Virus record (IMG/VR): IMGVR_UViG_2778260992_000008
Coordinates: 1 to 56,203 of that record
Length of the DNA: 56,203 bases
Strand: one strand, 5' to 3'
Source: a virus
Lineage: Duplodnaviria; Heunggongvirae; Uroviricota; Caudoviricetes
Shown: positions 35,539-44,106 of the stretch, in pieces
Numbering within the stretch: position 1 is the first letter of the stretch
Layout of the letters: every line of letters begins with the position of its first letter
The notes under the pieces: model-generated
What the model saw: only the letters and a program-made list of their open reading frames with translations
What the model was told of the DNA's origin: nothing
The model's database searches: none
Position numbers and translations under genes: made by a program

Positions 35539-35973
35539 ATGCCTATTAAGGGTGTTAAGCGTGTACGCGAGCGTATAAAGCAAGAATTAAAAGAGATAGC
35601 CGATAAGAAGACCGCCAGTGTTTTATGGCGTGTTGGCATGATTGGCGGCGGATATGCGGCATTATTAACGCCAGTGGACACCAGTTTTCTAATTAATAGC
35701 CAATATCAGGAAATTGATAACACGCCAACCGGAATGCAATTGCGCCTGGGATATACGGCACGCTATGCGGAATGGGTGCATGATATGCCGGGTAAATTAA
35801 AAGGCCAACCGCGCGAAAACTTCGGGCGCACTAGTGACGGGGTGGAGTTCGGCGGCGGCACGGGGAATGGTGAATATTGGGATCCAAACGCGGAGCCGGA
35901 ATTCTTGCGCAAAGGTATTGACGAAAACTTAGGAGAAATTACGCGAGAGATTGAGCGAGGTTATCAAATATGA
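35539..35973 (+). CDS. HK97 gp10-like tail component
   Basis: GYAALLTPVDTSFL...YAEWVHDMPG...GEYWDPNAEPEFLRKG resembles HK97 gp10 family. Confidence 0.5.
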   Translation: MPIKGVKRVRERIKQELKEIADKKTASVLWRVGMIGGGYAALLTPVDTSFLINSQYQEIDNTPTGMQLRLGYTARYAEWVHDMPGKLKGQPRENFGRTSDGVEFGGGTGNGEYWDPNAEPEFLRKGIDENLGEITREIERGYQI

Positions 35974-36356
35974 AACGCAGCGAAGTCTACGACAATATAA
36001 GAGATTGGATTCAATCCCACGGCTATGATGAAGGTTATATCTTACAGGCCCGTTTCTGGAATGAGCGACCGGATACAAACAATGATCGTTATATCGTGAT
36101 CCAGCAAAACGGCGGCGCGGCGGGGGAAGAAGCTATCACCCGCGATTATTTCCGCATCCTGGTTATTTCCTCTCGCAATGATAAAAATATCAGTGAAGTG
36201 GAAGATCTTGCCGATGCTATCCGGCAAAGTATGTTAACTGAATTTAAAACTGATAAAATTGTTCACATGAAACCAACTGGCGCTATTCCGGCGATCATGA
36301 CGAAGGAAGGGCGCTATATATTCACAGTAGCTTTCCAAGCCATAATATCTAGATAA
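35970..36356 (+). CDS. tail completion / terminator-like protein
   Basis: 128-aa ORF immediately upstream of major tail gene. Confidence 0.35.
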   Translation: MKRSEVYDNIRDWIQSHGYDEGYILQARFWNERPDTNNDRYIVIQQNGGAAGEEAITRDYFRILVISSRNDKNISEVEDLADAIRQSMLTEFKTDKIVHMKPTGAIPAIMTKEGRYIFTVAFQAIISR

Positions 36357-36369
36357 GAGGTAAAAGAAT

Positions 36370-36876
36370 ATGTCTACAACTTGCCAGAAAGGCGCATTCA
36401 CAGGGCGCGACGTCGCGGTGTTTTACGCTATTGCTTGCCCTAACGCGAAGCCAGCGGATGAAGATTATTTAGAGCTTGGCATGATGCGTGCTAAAACGCT
36501 TTCCGTCGAATGGGAAACCGCAGACGCCACCGCTGACAAATCCGCTGATTACACCAAAGAATCACTGGTAACTTACAAATCTGTTTCTTTCTCCGGTGAT
36601 GGCGTATCCCGTACCGAAGAAATCTATAATCAGAAGGCATTGAAACGCCATACCATCAATCCAGGTGAAGCCACTGGCGGACAGCCTTATGTATGGTTGA
36701 AAATTGTTTCCCCGATGGACGTAACAGAGGGACCATTCCTTTGCACCAACTTTGAAGAAGACGATCCACACGATGACGTTTGCACCTGGTCGATCGAATG
36801 TTCCAGCGCCGGACAAGTCACCTCCGATGACCTCCCGGCGGAAGAAGTCGCCGAAGACGGAGTTCCTACTGAATAA
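36370..36876 (+). CDS. major tail protein
   Basis: 168 aa; RBS AGAGGTAAAAGAAT-ATG; followed by terminator and chaperone/tape-measure genes. Confidence 0.55.
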   Translation: MSTTCQKGAFTGRDVAVFYAIACPNAKPADEDYLELGMMRAKTLSVEWETADATADKSADYTKESLVTYKSVSFSGDGVSRTEEIYNQKALKRHTINPGEATGGQPYVWLKIVSPMDVTEGPFLCTNFEEDDPHDDVCTWSIECSSAGQVTSDDLPAEEVAEDGVPTE

Positions 36877-36884
36877 CATTTAAT

Positions 36885-36909
36885 GGGGCCATCCGGCCCC
36901 TTTTCTTTT
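36885..36909 (+). terminator. rho-independent terminator/attenuator after major tail gene
   Basis: GGGGCC-ATCC-GGCCCC hairpin followed by TTTTCTTTT. Confidence 0.6.
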
Positions 36910-36915
36910 AGGGTG

Positions 36916-37602
36916 ATGATTATGATTCATGTTCGTACCGGACAATTTGAAATTAAGGTTGATGGTCACGCATATATATTTAATCCATCCTTTGCAGCTA
37001 TGGCGCGAATCGGTGATGATTCCGAACTGGTGCGCTACTTTGCCATTGTTCATGGTGGAAGGTATCCGAAAATCTTCCCTATCGATCCAGACCTTCGCAA
37101 ACGGGTTTTAGCGCGGTGTTATGGTGAACTGGTGCAGACGGCTATTCACATTCTGAAATCATGCGCAGAAAGCGAAATAGGGCCGCTGGTGGGCGAGTGT
37201 AGATTTACTCCGGCGGGCAAATTACGGTTGCGCCCTGGCTTGCTGCCAACTCAGGACGTCATCACGCTGGCGCAACATTGCATGTACCACGGTTTAATCG
37301 GTGACATCCCCGGTAACAAACAACAAACTGATAAGCAGGAAGGGGAATATAAATCAACGTTCGATGTTCTTGATTACGTTTATTCCGCCGTTGCTCATCT
37401 TGGACTATCTGAATCAGAGGCGTGGGCCATGACCATGACCGGATATAGGGCCGCTGTACGCGCTAAAACGCCGCCAGAAGCGAAAAACGAGAAAAGACGA
37501 CCAGATGCCGCCATAGATAAAAAGGCTTATGACGATGGGATGCAGGCCGCAAGAAAGGCACTGGAAAGAATGAAAAAATTAAAACAGAAAAAAGCCCGGT
37601 AG
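36916..37602 (+). CDS. tail assembly chaperone (putative)
   Basis: Position between major tail and tape-measure genes; ATG 36916 (track ORF begins 36883 inside the hairpin). Confidence 0.4.
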   Translation: MIMIHVRTGQFEIKVDGHAYIFNPSFAAMARIGDDSELVRYFAIVHGGRYPKIFPIDPDLRKRVLARCYGELVQTAIHILKSCAESEIGPLVGECRFTPAGKLRLRPGLLPTQDVITLAQHCMYHGLIGDIPGNKQQTDKQEGEYKSTFDVLDYVYSAVAHLGLSESEAWAMTMTGYRAAVRAKTPPEAKNEKRRPDAAIDKKAYDDGMQAARKALERMKKLKQKKAR

Positions 37603-37614
37603 TTCCGGGCTTTT
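37593..37614. terminator. bidirectional hairpin terminator
   Basis: AGCCCGG-TAGTT-CCGGGCT with T-runs on both strands; sits between convergent genes. Confidence 0.55.
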
Positions 37615-37616
37615 GT

Positions 37617-38228
37617 TTAGTTCCAGTGGCAAGCATTTTTCACTTTGTTGATATGTTTTTCTAAGCCTTCGATGTTGAATGTTGCTTTTTCGATATAGCC
37701 CGCTTCCGGCAATGTTTCGATAATGAATTGTTTCTCGTTAAGCATTTTTTTAATCATCGGGATGGCTTTTTTGCCGTTCCATAATCCCAGGGCTTTATAG
37801 TTAGTTGCCCGTTGCCATTCTGCTTTCACCGCTTTATGTTCCCCGATCCGGTAGGTAACTTGGGTGGTATCGCCAGCATCCGCAATCATGTTATGCCAGG
37901 CTACAAACATTTTTGTTGTATTGGCTTTGCATTCGATAACTAATACCGGTTTATTTTTCTCTTTTGCTTTCAGTGCCGGGAAATCATCAAGCTGACCGTT
38001 AAATTTTACCGCTTTGACATGTAGCTGTACATTGGGTGTATCGTGCATATCGTCCTTACCTTCCCACACGGCCCACTGTTTCCCAATGTTATCCCGTTCC
38101 ATTTCTTGATGTTTTTCAGCTATTTCTTTTTCAAATTGTTTAATATTTTCAAGGCTTTTTGCTTGTTGTTCGCAACCAACCAGCCCAACCAGCGCCGCCA
38201 TTATTGCCACTTTCGCTAACCGTTTCAT
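37617..38228 (-). CDS. lipoprotein (accessory gene, opposite strand, inside tail module)
   Basis: Signal peptide plus lipobox MKRLAKVAIMAALVGLVGC; ATG 38228 with GGGG RBS; own promoter and terminator. Confidence 0.6.
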   Translation of the reverse strand: MKRLAKVAIMAALVGLVGCEQQAKSLENIKQFEKEIAEKHQEMERDNIGKQWAVWEGKDDMHDTPNVQLHVKAVKFNGQLDDFPALKAKEKNKPVLVIECKANTTKMFVAWHNMIADAGDTTQVTYRIGEHKAVKAEWQRATNYKALGLWNGKKAIPMIKKMLNEKQFIIETLPEAGYIEKATFNIEGLEKHINKVKNACHWN

Positions 38229-38276
38229 AAAACACCCCGTTTGCCTTGAATTACTAACCACTTCCTATAGCTTCTT

Positions 38277-38316
38277 TATACAAAATGGAGTCGTTAAAGC
38301 AAATCCATTTTGTATA
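38277..38316. promoter_or_regulatory. perfect inverted repeat TATACAAAATGGA-N14-TCCATTTTGTATA with divergent promoter elements
   Basis: 13-nt arms at 38277-38289 and 38304-38316; TATAAA-like hexamers at both ends, one per strand. Confidence 0.55.
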
Positions 38317-38354
38317 AAATAGTTACACAGATCACAAAAACGGAGATCAACGCT

Positions 38355-41237
38355 ATGGCTAAAAATGTAGGCGCGATTGAATACACGGTCGACGCCAAAA
38401 CCGGGTCGCTACTGGTTGCACAGAAAGAAGTAGACAAAGCAACCGGAGCGATGGAAAAAGACCTGCAACGGGTAGACACCGCCGCTGATAAGGTGAGTAA
38501 ATCCCTGGCTGGCTTATCCACGGTCGCCCGTGCGGTTGGCGCGGCACTGGTGACAAGAAAGATCATTGACTACGCCAACGCCTGGCAAGAAGTAAACAAT
38601 AAGCTGGTTAACTCCGTCCGGTCAAATGAATCACTGGAAGAAGTTACAAACCGGGTTTTTAAAGCCGCACAGAAATCAATGTCACCACTGGACGCCACCG
38701 CCGCGCTTTACTCCAAATTGGAACGCGCAACGCGTGACAGTGGACTAAGCGGGCGTGACCTGGCAAGCATCGTGGAAACGATTAACAAATCCTTTCAGGT
38801 GTCCGGTGCATCCGCAAGCGAAATGGAAGGCGGGATCAGACAATTGGCCCAGGCTTTGGGGTCTGGTGAATTGCGCGGCGATGAATTTAATAGCGTAATG
38901 GAGAACGCGCCACGCCTGGCGGAAGGTATCGCAAAATCAATGGGCGTATCCAGTACCGCATTACGTGAAATGGCGAAGGATGGCAAGATCACGAAAGATA
39001 TAATTATCGCAGCGGTCCGGGCGATGAAGTCCGAAGTCGATAAAGAATTCAGCAATATGGCGATCACCATGTCGGACGCCTTCACCGTCGCCACCAACAA
39101 CGCGACTAAGTATTTCGGTGAAAACTCCGTGATCCGTAGCGGGATTAACGCGTTTAACAGCACGCTGATTACCCTATCTGAAAACCTGGACGTTGTAACC
39201 GCCTCAGCCATCGCGCTTGGTGCTGTAATGGGTGGTCGGGCGTTGGGTGGCATTATCCAGGCAACGGCGGAAAACATCCGGCTGGCAGCCGCCAACCAGA
39301 AAGCAGCACAGGCCGCCGCGCAGCAGGCAGCAGCAGAAGCCAACCTGGCACGCCAGCAGCTACACACAGCCGCCGCCGGACTTAAAGCAGCATTGCAGGC
39401 AGAAGGGGAGGCCCGCGCCCACTACCAGGCCGCGCAGGGTACAAACGCCCACACCGCCGCGCTTGCTCGTCTCCGTGTAGCGCAAGCGCAAACCGCCGCC
39501 GCTTACACGGCTATGCGCACCGCTGCCACCACGGCTAACGCGGCAATCGTTGCTTCCGGTACAGCAGCAAAAGCCGCCAGTATCGGGATGCGGATCTTTA
39601 ATGGCGCGTTAGGGTTACTTGGTGGCCCCGCTGGCGCAATCATGACCGCCGCTATTTGCTTGGGTACGCTTATCCTTAACATGGAAAGCACCGAAGAGAA
39701 AGCCGCCAACGCAAAAGCCAAAATCGACGAATTGGCTATGTCGTTCGACGATATGAGCAAAAATGAACTGGAAGCGGCCTTAATTGAGATAAACAAACAA
39801 CTCAAAGACATTGAGGAAAACGCCCGGAAGGCAAAAGCCGAACTGGATCGTATGGTGAAAAACCGCGCTATCCTGGAAAAATTAGCACAGAGTGAGGATC
39901 CAGAAATTGCCGGGCCTGCAAAGGCGGCGTTAGGCATTGCCGATGACAATATGAAAACCTTAGAGGGTAAGGTTGACACAGCTAATAAAAACCTTGAAAA
40001 AGCCAACGAGAAAGCCGACGAAGCAAAAGCCCGCATTAATGGTACATACGTTCCGCCGAAACCTACCGGAACAGGAAGCGGCAGCGGTGGCAGCGGTGGC
40101 AAGGACGGGAAGGGCAAGAAACCGAAAAAATCTGATTGGGATAAGTTAGGCGATGAAGGCTTAAATATTTCCGACCAGTACAACAAAGACGCCGCCGCAA
40201 TGCGTAAACTTGGCGAAGAACAAAAAGCCCTGGATGCAGCGTACAAGCAAGGGAAGATCACTTATCTGGAATATACAGCCGCGAAGGAGGGCGCAAGCAA
40301 GGCACTGGCTGACACGCTGAAACAGTTACGCGAGGAAGAACAGCAAGCCAAATGGGACAGCCTTGTCTCTGATGAAGACAAGAAAAAAGGCCAGGTAGAC
40401 CCTATTCAGCAGTTGCAAAATGAATGGACTATCAGAAAGCAAATGCTCACTGATTTAGGCGCTACACAGGCCCAATTAAAAATGGAAGAGTTAGCCTATG
40501 AACAACAGCTAACCGCGCTCAAATGGGAACAATGGCAGGCACAAAGCGACACTAACGCGCTTATTGGTGATTGCGTCAACGGTTTAACAAGCGGCATGGG
40601 TAACGCCATTACCGGATTAGTCAATGGCACGCAATCCCTTAGCGAGATGTTTGCTAACCTGGGTAGTAACATCCTCGGCACGGTAGGTAACCGCTTATCT
40701 CAGATTGCAGCAAACTGGATAGCCGATCAGATCATGATGGAAAGCCAGAGCAAGGCAGCGCAAGCCAGTACCACGGCGGGCGCGGTAGCGGCGCAAGGTC
40801 AGATCGCAGCGGCAGCGGCCCCGGCAGCGGCGGCAACGGCGGCTTCAACTGGCGGTAGCTGGGCGGCGGCTGGTGCGGCGGCATTATCTGCGATCATGAC
40901 GCTGGCGACATCCATTTTTGGCGGCGGGCGTTATCATGGGGGTAGCGTAACTGGTGGCAACCTATACCGCGTGGGTGAGCATAACAAGCCAGAATTATTT
41001 CAGGCCACTAACGGGCGGCAATACATGATCCCCGGCGAAAACGGTCGCGTGGTAAGCAATAGCGCGATGGGTGGCGGCGGCATCAATATGCCTGTTAACA
41101 TCACAGTAAACACGACAAATGGTTTTGGCGAAGAAGACAGCAAGCGCCTACAACAGACAATCGAGAATACGGCAATGGGGATTATCAGGCGCGAAAGCCA
41201 ACGCCCTGGAGGCATGATCCAACCGCGCAAAAAATAA
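38355..41237 (+). CDS. tail tape measure protein
   Basis: ~960 aa, Ala-rich coiled-coil with Gly-rich C-terminal segment; ATG 38355 with RBS GGAG. Confidence 0.85.
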   Translation: MAKNVGAIEYTVDAKTGSLLVAQKEVDKATGAMEKDLQRVDTAADKVSKSLAGLSTVARAVGAALVTRKIIDYANAWQEVNNKLVNSVRSNESLEEVTNRVFKAAQKSMSPLDATAALYSKLERATRDSGLSGRDLASIVETINKSFQVSGASASEMEGGIRQLAQALGSGELRGDEFNSVMENAPRLAEGIAKSMGVSSTALREMAKDGKITKDIIIAAVRAMKSEVDKEFSNMAITMSDAFTVATNNATKYFGENSVIRSGINAFNSTLITLSENLDVVTASAIALGAVMGGRALGGIIQATAENIRLAAANQKAAQAAAQQAAAEANLARQQLHTAAAGLKAALQAEGEARAHYQAAQGTNAHTAALARLRVAQAQTAAAYTAMRTAATTANAAIVASGTAAKAASIGMRIFNGALGLLGGPAGAIMTAAICLGTLILNMESTEEKAANAKAKIDELAMSFDDMSKNELEAALIEINKQLKDIEENARKAKAELDRMVKNRAILEKLAQSEDPEIAGPAKAALGIADDNMKTLEGKVDTANKNLEKANEKADEAKARINGTYVPPKPTGTGSGSGGSGGKDGKGKKPKKSDWDKLGDEGLNISDQYNKDAAAMRKLGEEQKALDAAYKQGKITYLEYTAAKEGASKALADTLKQLREEEQQAKWDSLVSDEDKKKGQVDPIQQLQNEWTIRKQMLTDLGATQAQLKMEELAYEQQLTALKWEQWQAQSDTNALIGDCVNGLTSGMGNAITGLVNGTQSLSEMFANLGSNILGTVGNRLSQIAANWIADQIMMESQSKAAQASTTAGAVAAQGQIAAAAAPAAAATAASTGGSWAAAGAAALSAIMTLATSIFGGGRYHGGSVTGGNLYRVGEHNKPELFQATNGRQYMIPGENGRVVSNSAMGGGGINMPVNITVNTTNGFGEEDSKRLQQTIENTAMGIIRRESQRPGGMIQPRKK

Positions 41238-41242
41238 AATAA

Positions 41243-41270
41243 CCCCCGGCGAAAGCTGGGGGTTTTCTTT
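41243..41270. terminator. bidirectional hairpin terminator after tape measure gene
   Basis: CCCCCGGC-GAAA-GCTGGGGG followed by TTTTCTTT; T-rich on the opposite strand too. Confidence 0.6.
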
Positions 41271-41448
41271 ATTCAACTTCGTCATTTTTAAATTCGTTGT
41301 TTACATAAAGCTGTAATGCGCTTATCAGTTCGGCGGCTTGCTTTTTGTCTATGACGATTAATTCGCAGTCACTTTCAAGCCATAATCTTTCGTCATATTC
41401 AATGCTAAGATTAATCCGCCGACAACCTTCCGTTTCATGAATAATCAT
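41269..41448 (-). CDS. small acidic protein (59 aa)
   Basis: MIIHETEGCRRINLSIEYDERLWLESDCELIVIDKKQAAELISALQLYVNNEFKNDEVE; RBS GGGGGAAATA; ends at the bidirectional terminator. Confidence 0.35.
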   Translation of the reverse strand: MIIHETEGCRRINLSIEYDERLWLESDCELIVIDKKQAAELISALQLYVNNEFKNDEVE

Positions 41449-41539
41449 TATTTCCCCCTATAATCGACCATTCCGCGCAATATATCCCCTTCCGAAAATT
41501 ACCAACCAAATATTCCAGATCTCCCGCCATGTAAATTTA

Positions 41540-41689
41540 TCATCTTCCATATCTCACCCCATCGCGCTTATAAGGCTTGTTATCAGCAAACGGGATTAAC
41601 GCATCGTTTGCCACCTGGCGATTAAACCAATCTTTCAGGACAACCAGGGAAAACCGGATGCCGTAGCTATGTAATTCGTGCCATTTCAT
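41540..41689 (-). CDS. small hypothetical protein (49 aa)
   Basis: ATG overlaps stop of upstream 84-aa gene (ATGA). Confidence 0.25.
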   Translation of the reverse strand: MKWHELHSYGIRFSLVVLKDWFNRQVANDALIPFADNKPYKRDGVRYGR

Positions 41690-41940
41690 TTATGACACCC
41701 CCGCACGCCGCATAATTCATTGTATTTATGATGCTCAACAATCAACCAAACTTTTAGATCCTGGCTGTAAAGCCGCCAATCAGGGTTGATATCGAATTTA
41801 AAACCATAACCATCTCGTAACTTTTTGGGGTGGGCTTCTTTATTTAGGAAAGCATTTAATAAAGCCTTACCCTTTTTGATGATCCGGTCCTGCGCGTTTT
41901 TTTGTGCTTTCAAATTTTTATCAATCGCTACCAGTTTCAT
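41686..41940 (-). CDS. hypothetical basic protein (84 aa)
   Basis: ORF in track; second gene of a tightly packed minus-strand cassette. Confidence 0.45.
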   Translation of the reverse strand: MKLVAIDKNLKAQKNAQDRIIKKGKALLNAFLNKEAHPKKLRDGYGFKFDINPDWRLYSQDLKVWLIVEHHKYNELCGVRGCHK

Positions 41941-41958
41941 AGCCCACCCCCATCATCC

Positions 41959-42126
41959 TTAGTTGACCGCTTTCAGGTAAAAATCCCGGTATTCGTTTTC
42001 CTTCACGTTCATGTAGAATTGGCCCATTTTAAATGCATCGTCGAAGCCTTTAACGATCGCCACTTCCACTTGTTCGAATGCGTCGTTAAGCATCACGACC
42101 GCGTAGTGTTTATCGTTGCGTTTCAT
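41959..42126 (-). CDS. small hypothetical protein (55 aa)
   Basis: ATG 42126 preceded by AAGGAGG; track ORF 41959-42201 begins further upstream. Confidence 0.4.
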   Translation of the reverse strand: MKRNDKHYAVVMLNDAFEQVEVAIVKGFDDAFKMGQFYMNVKENEYRDFYLKAVN

Positions 42127-42295
42127 CTTGGGCCTCCTTTGTTGGTACTGCTTTTCTTCTTGCTTTCTGTATACATCTTGTTGCGTCCTGTGTGAAGCCA
42201 TTTTGTAAACTGGTTATAATTCTTGTGATGAAGTTCTCATTTTTCGCGTAGAAGCGCGTAAAGATGTACACAAAATGTAACTTATAGGGGGAATT

Positions 42296-42649
42296 ATGCC
42301 GGAAGTGTTTACCTGGACGCCGCAGCGTAGCTACAGCGTAACCAGGGAGCCGAACGTTTCAGTTATTAAGCTGGGTGATGGTTATGAACAAAGGCAGACA
42401 AAAGGGATTAACCCTTTGCTTGATAGCTATAGCCTTGTCTTTAAGGGTACAAGCGCCGGATGCGGTGACGCTGGCAATCCAGCGATCCAGGCGGAGGCGT
42501 TTTTACGGGCGCGCGGCGCGGTCGAGGCGTTTTACTGGACGCCATCAATGGATGGGGAGCAAAGGCTTTTTGTCTGCCGAAAATGGAACATGACAAAGGA
42601 TGGCCCTGTGTTCACGCTAACCGCGACGTTTGAGCAAGTGATGAATTAA
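42296..42649 (+). CDS. minor tail protein M (lambda gpM-like)
   Basis: GDGYEQRQ...YSLVFKG...EAFLRARGAVEAFYWTP...FTLTATFEQVMN parallels lambda M. Confidence 0.8.
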   Translation: MPEVFTWTPQRSYSVTREPNVSVIKLGDGYEQRQTKGINPLLDSYSLVFKGTSAGCGDAGNPAIQAEAFLRARGAVEAFYWTPSMDGEQRLFVCRKWNMTKDGPVFTLTATFEQVMN

Positions 42650-42659
42650 AGGGGGCAAT

Positions 42660-42845
42660 ATGTACGGGATGTGCGTTAAGACTGGCGATGAATCATTTAC
42701 GCTATTCGAAGACTATCAGATCGATAATCTCACGGTGATGAGTGATAAAGGGGATATCTGGTATTTGCATGACTACGGCGACGGGTATGTGGGATGCAGA
42801 TCTTACGAAGGGAAGGAATATTTATTCTTGATTGAGGGCGTTTAA
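42660..42845 (+). CDS. hypothetical small protein
   Basis: 61-aa ORF with RBS AAGGGGG. Confidence 0.4.
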   Translation: MYGMCVKTGDESFTLFEDYQIDNLTVMSDKGDIWYLHDYGDGYVGCRSYEGKEYLFLIEGV

Positions 42846-42846
42846 T

Positions 42847-42933
42847 ATGCTGGTTGATGGCTTAGTAATGGTATTTATTATCGCGGTAAGTATGGCTATT
42901 TTTTACGAAATCGATAGTCGGAACGACAAATAA
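42847..42933 (+). CDS. small hydrophobic peptide (28 aa)
   Basis: MLVDGLVMVFIIAVSMAIFYEIDSRNDK; ends just before terminator. Confidence 0.3.
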   Translation: MLVDGLVMVFIIAVSMAIFYEIDSRNDK

Positions 42934-42940
42934 AATAACA

Positions 42941-42961
42941 CCCCGCCGAAGCGGGGTTTTT
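42941..42961. terminator. bidirectional hairpin terminator
   Basis: CCCCGC-CGAA-GCGGGG followed by TTTTTCG; between convergent plus and minus genes. Confidence 0.6.
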
Positions 42962-42965
42962 CGTG

Positions 42966-43103
42966 TTAGAAGTTCATGTGCATCAAGCCCATTGGGTGAG
43001 CGTGCGCCATGTTCTCAGCTATTGCGCACCAATCCCAATCCGCAGCGTGCACGCCAAATACTATCAAGCCCATTGCGATTAGCGCTAAAACTTCGATTTT
43101 CAT
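42966..43103 (-). CDS. small secreted His/Met-rich peptide (45 aa)
   Basis: MKIEVLALIAMGLIVFGVHA signal-like N-terminus then ADWDWCAIAENMAHAHPMGLMHMNF; RBS GGGGTGAACC. Confidence 0.35.
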   Translation of the reverse strand: MKIEVLALIAMGLIVFGVHAADWDWCAIAENMAHAHPMGLMHMNF

Positions 43104-43114
43104 GGTTCACCCCA

Positions 43115-43186
43115 TTAATTCAGAAAGGCATAAACGATGGCAATCGCGCCAGCCACTACCAAAACATTTTCGATTACTTCATCCAT
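43115..43186 (-). CDS. small hydrophobic peptide (23 aa)
   Basis: MDEVIENVLVVAGAIAIVYAFLN; RBS GGCGGTGA. Confidence 0.3.
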   Translation of the reverse strand: MDEVIENVLVVAGAIAIVYAFLN

Positions 43187-43195
43187 AATCACCGC

Positions 43196-43444
43196 CTATA
43201 AGTTATCACGCAGATAATTAACGCCCTTGTCAGTGACGAATGAATGATTAACCTGGTTTTCATCCGTCATAATAATGAATAACTTTTCCTGTAAGTATTT
43301 TGCTTTTGGGTACAGCGTTAAACAGACCTGATACAGTATCCCGCGCTCAATCAGCAAATCAATAAATTCGTGCTCATGATAACCGATGAGACGGGCGGCC
43401 TGTTTCAACGTGTACACATAATCACCGTGATTGCGCCGCCCCAT
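43196..43444 (-). CDS. hypothetical protein (82 aa), possibly DNA-binding
   Basis: ORF in track; YTLKQAARLIGYHEHEFIDLLIERGIL has HTH-like character. Confidence 0.4.
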   Translation of the reverse strand: MGRRNHGDYVYTLKQAARLIGYHEHEFIDLLIERGILYQVCLTLYPKAKYLQEKLFIIMTDENQVNHSFVTDKGVNYLRDNL

Positions 43445-43452
43445 GTTGCCGC

Positions 43453-43806
43453 CTATTTATCAAAGCAACTTAAATTATCGATACAGAAGTCTTTAGCAGC
43501 ATTTTCGTATTCGCGTTTTGCTTCAGGATCGTCAGCCGGGAAGCCTTTTGCGTGGATTTCACCAGGGCAAGACTGATCCATAGAGTCTGCAAATTCAACA
43601 TTGACGTTAAAGTTAATATCTTTCGGGTTCATATCTTCCACCTTCTCGGCTATTTGTACCGGAGTTATTTTGAATTCCCTGGCGCGCCCGAAGAAGCGAA
43701 CAAGTTTTTCTCCTTCCTCGACTGCCATTTCGTAACTGTCATGTAAGCCGTAACCTTCCCAATCCTTACTGCCTGCCATCCATACATCGAGACGGTATTT
43801 TTGCAT
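43453..43806 (-). CDS. hypothetical acidic protein (117 aa)
   Basis: ATG 43806 four nt after upstream stop; track ORF extends to 43860. Confidence 0.4.
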   Translation of the reverse strand: MQKYRLDVWMAGSKDWEGYGLHDSYEMAVEEGEKLVRFFGRAREFKITPVQIAEKVEDMNPKDINFNVNVEFADSMDQSCPGEIHAKGFPADDPEAKREYENAAKDFCIDNLSCFDK

Positions 43807-43807
43807 T

Positions 43808-43975
43808 TTACTGATCCCCGCTTTTAATCGGTTTAATCCGGTAGCCCAGGACGCGATCATCTTTTTCCGATAGGTCGAGGGCCGTTTCTAGGGCGTCGCC
43901 AGGGTTATCGAATTCAGCCTCGATATCACGCCCGTTACTCATGAATAAGGTCAGTCGCCATAGTTTATCGTTCAT
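43808..43975 (-). CDS. small hypothetical acidic protein (55 aa)
   Basis: MNDKLWRLTLFMSNGRDIEAEFDNPGDALETALDLSEKDDRVLGYRIKPIKSGDQ; RBS AAGGGCGCGGG; first gene downstream of minus-strand promoter. Confidence 0.35.
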   Translation of the reverse strand: MNDKLWRLTLFMSNGRDIEAEFDNPGDALETALDLSEKDDRVLGYRIKPIKSGDQ

Positions 43976-44023
43976 CCCGCGCCCTTTTGTGCCATTTTGT
44001 TAACTGTGCTTCCGTTTGAGTAA

Positions 44024-44061
44024 AATATACATATTGTACAAACCGCGATCAATCCATTTTG
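44024..44061 (-). promoter_or_regulatory. sigma70-like promoter for minus-strand cassette, with upstream CAAAATGGA element
   Basis: On minus strand: CCAAAATGGA-TTGATC-N17-TATATT; same layout as the promoter at 8733-8775. Confidence 0.5.
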
Positions 44062-44106
44062 GTATGATTTGGCGTGACGCAGATCACAAAATCAGAAGGT
44101 GAGAAA

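Noticed and set aside
38795-40261. Long minus-strand ORFs (190 and 252 codons) inside the tape measure gene
   Set aside because: Antisense shadows of an Ala-rich coding region; Ser/Ala/Pro-rich low-complexity products.
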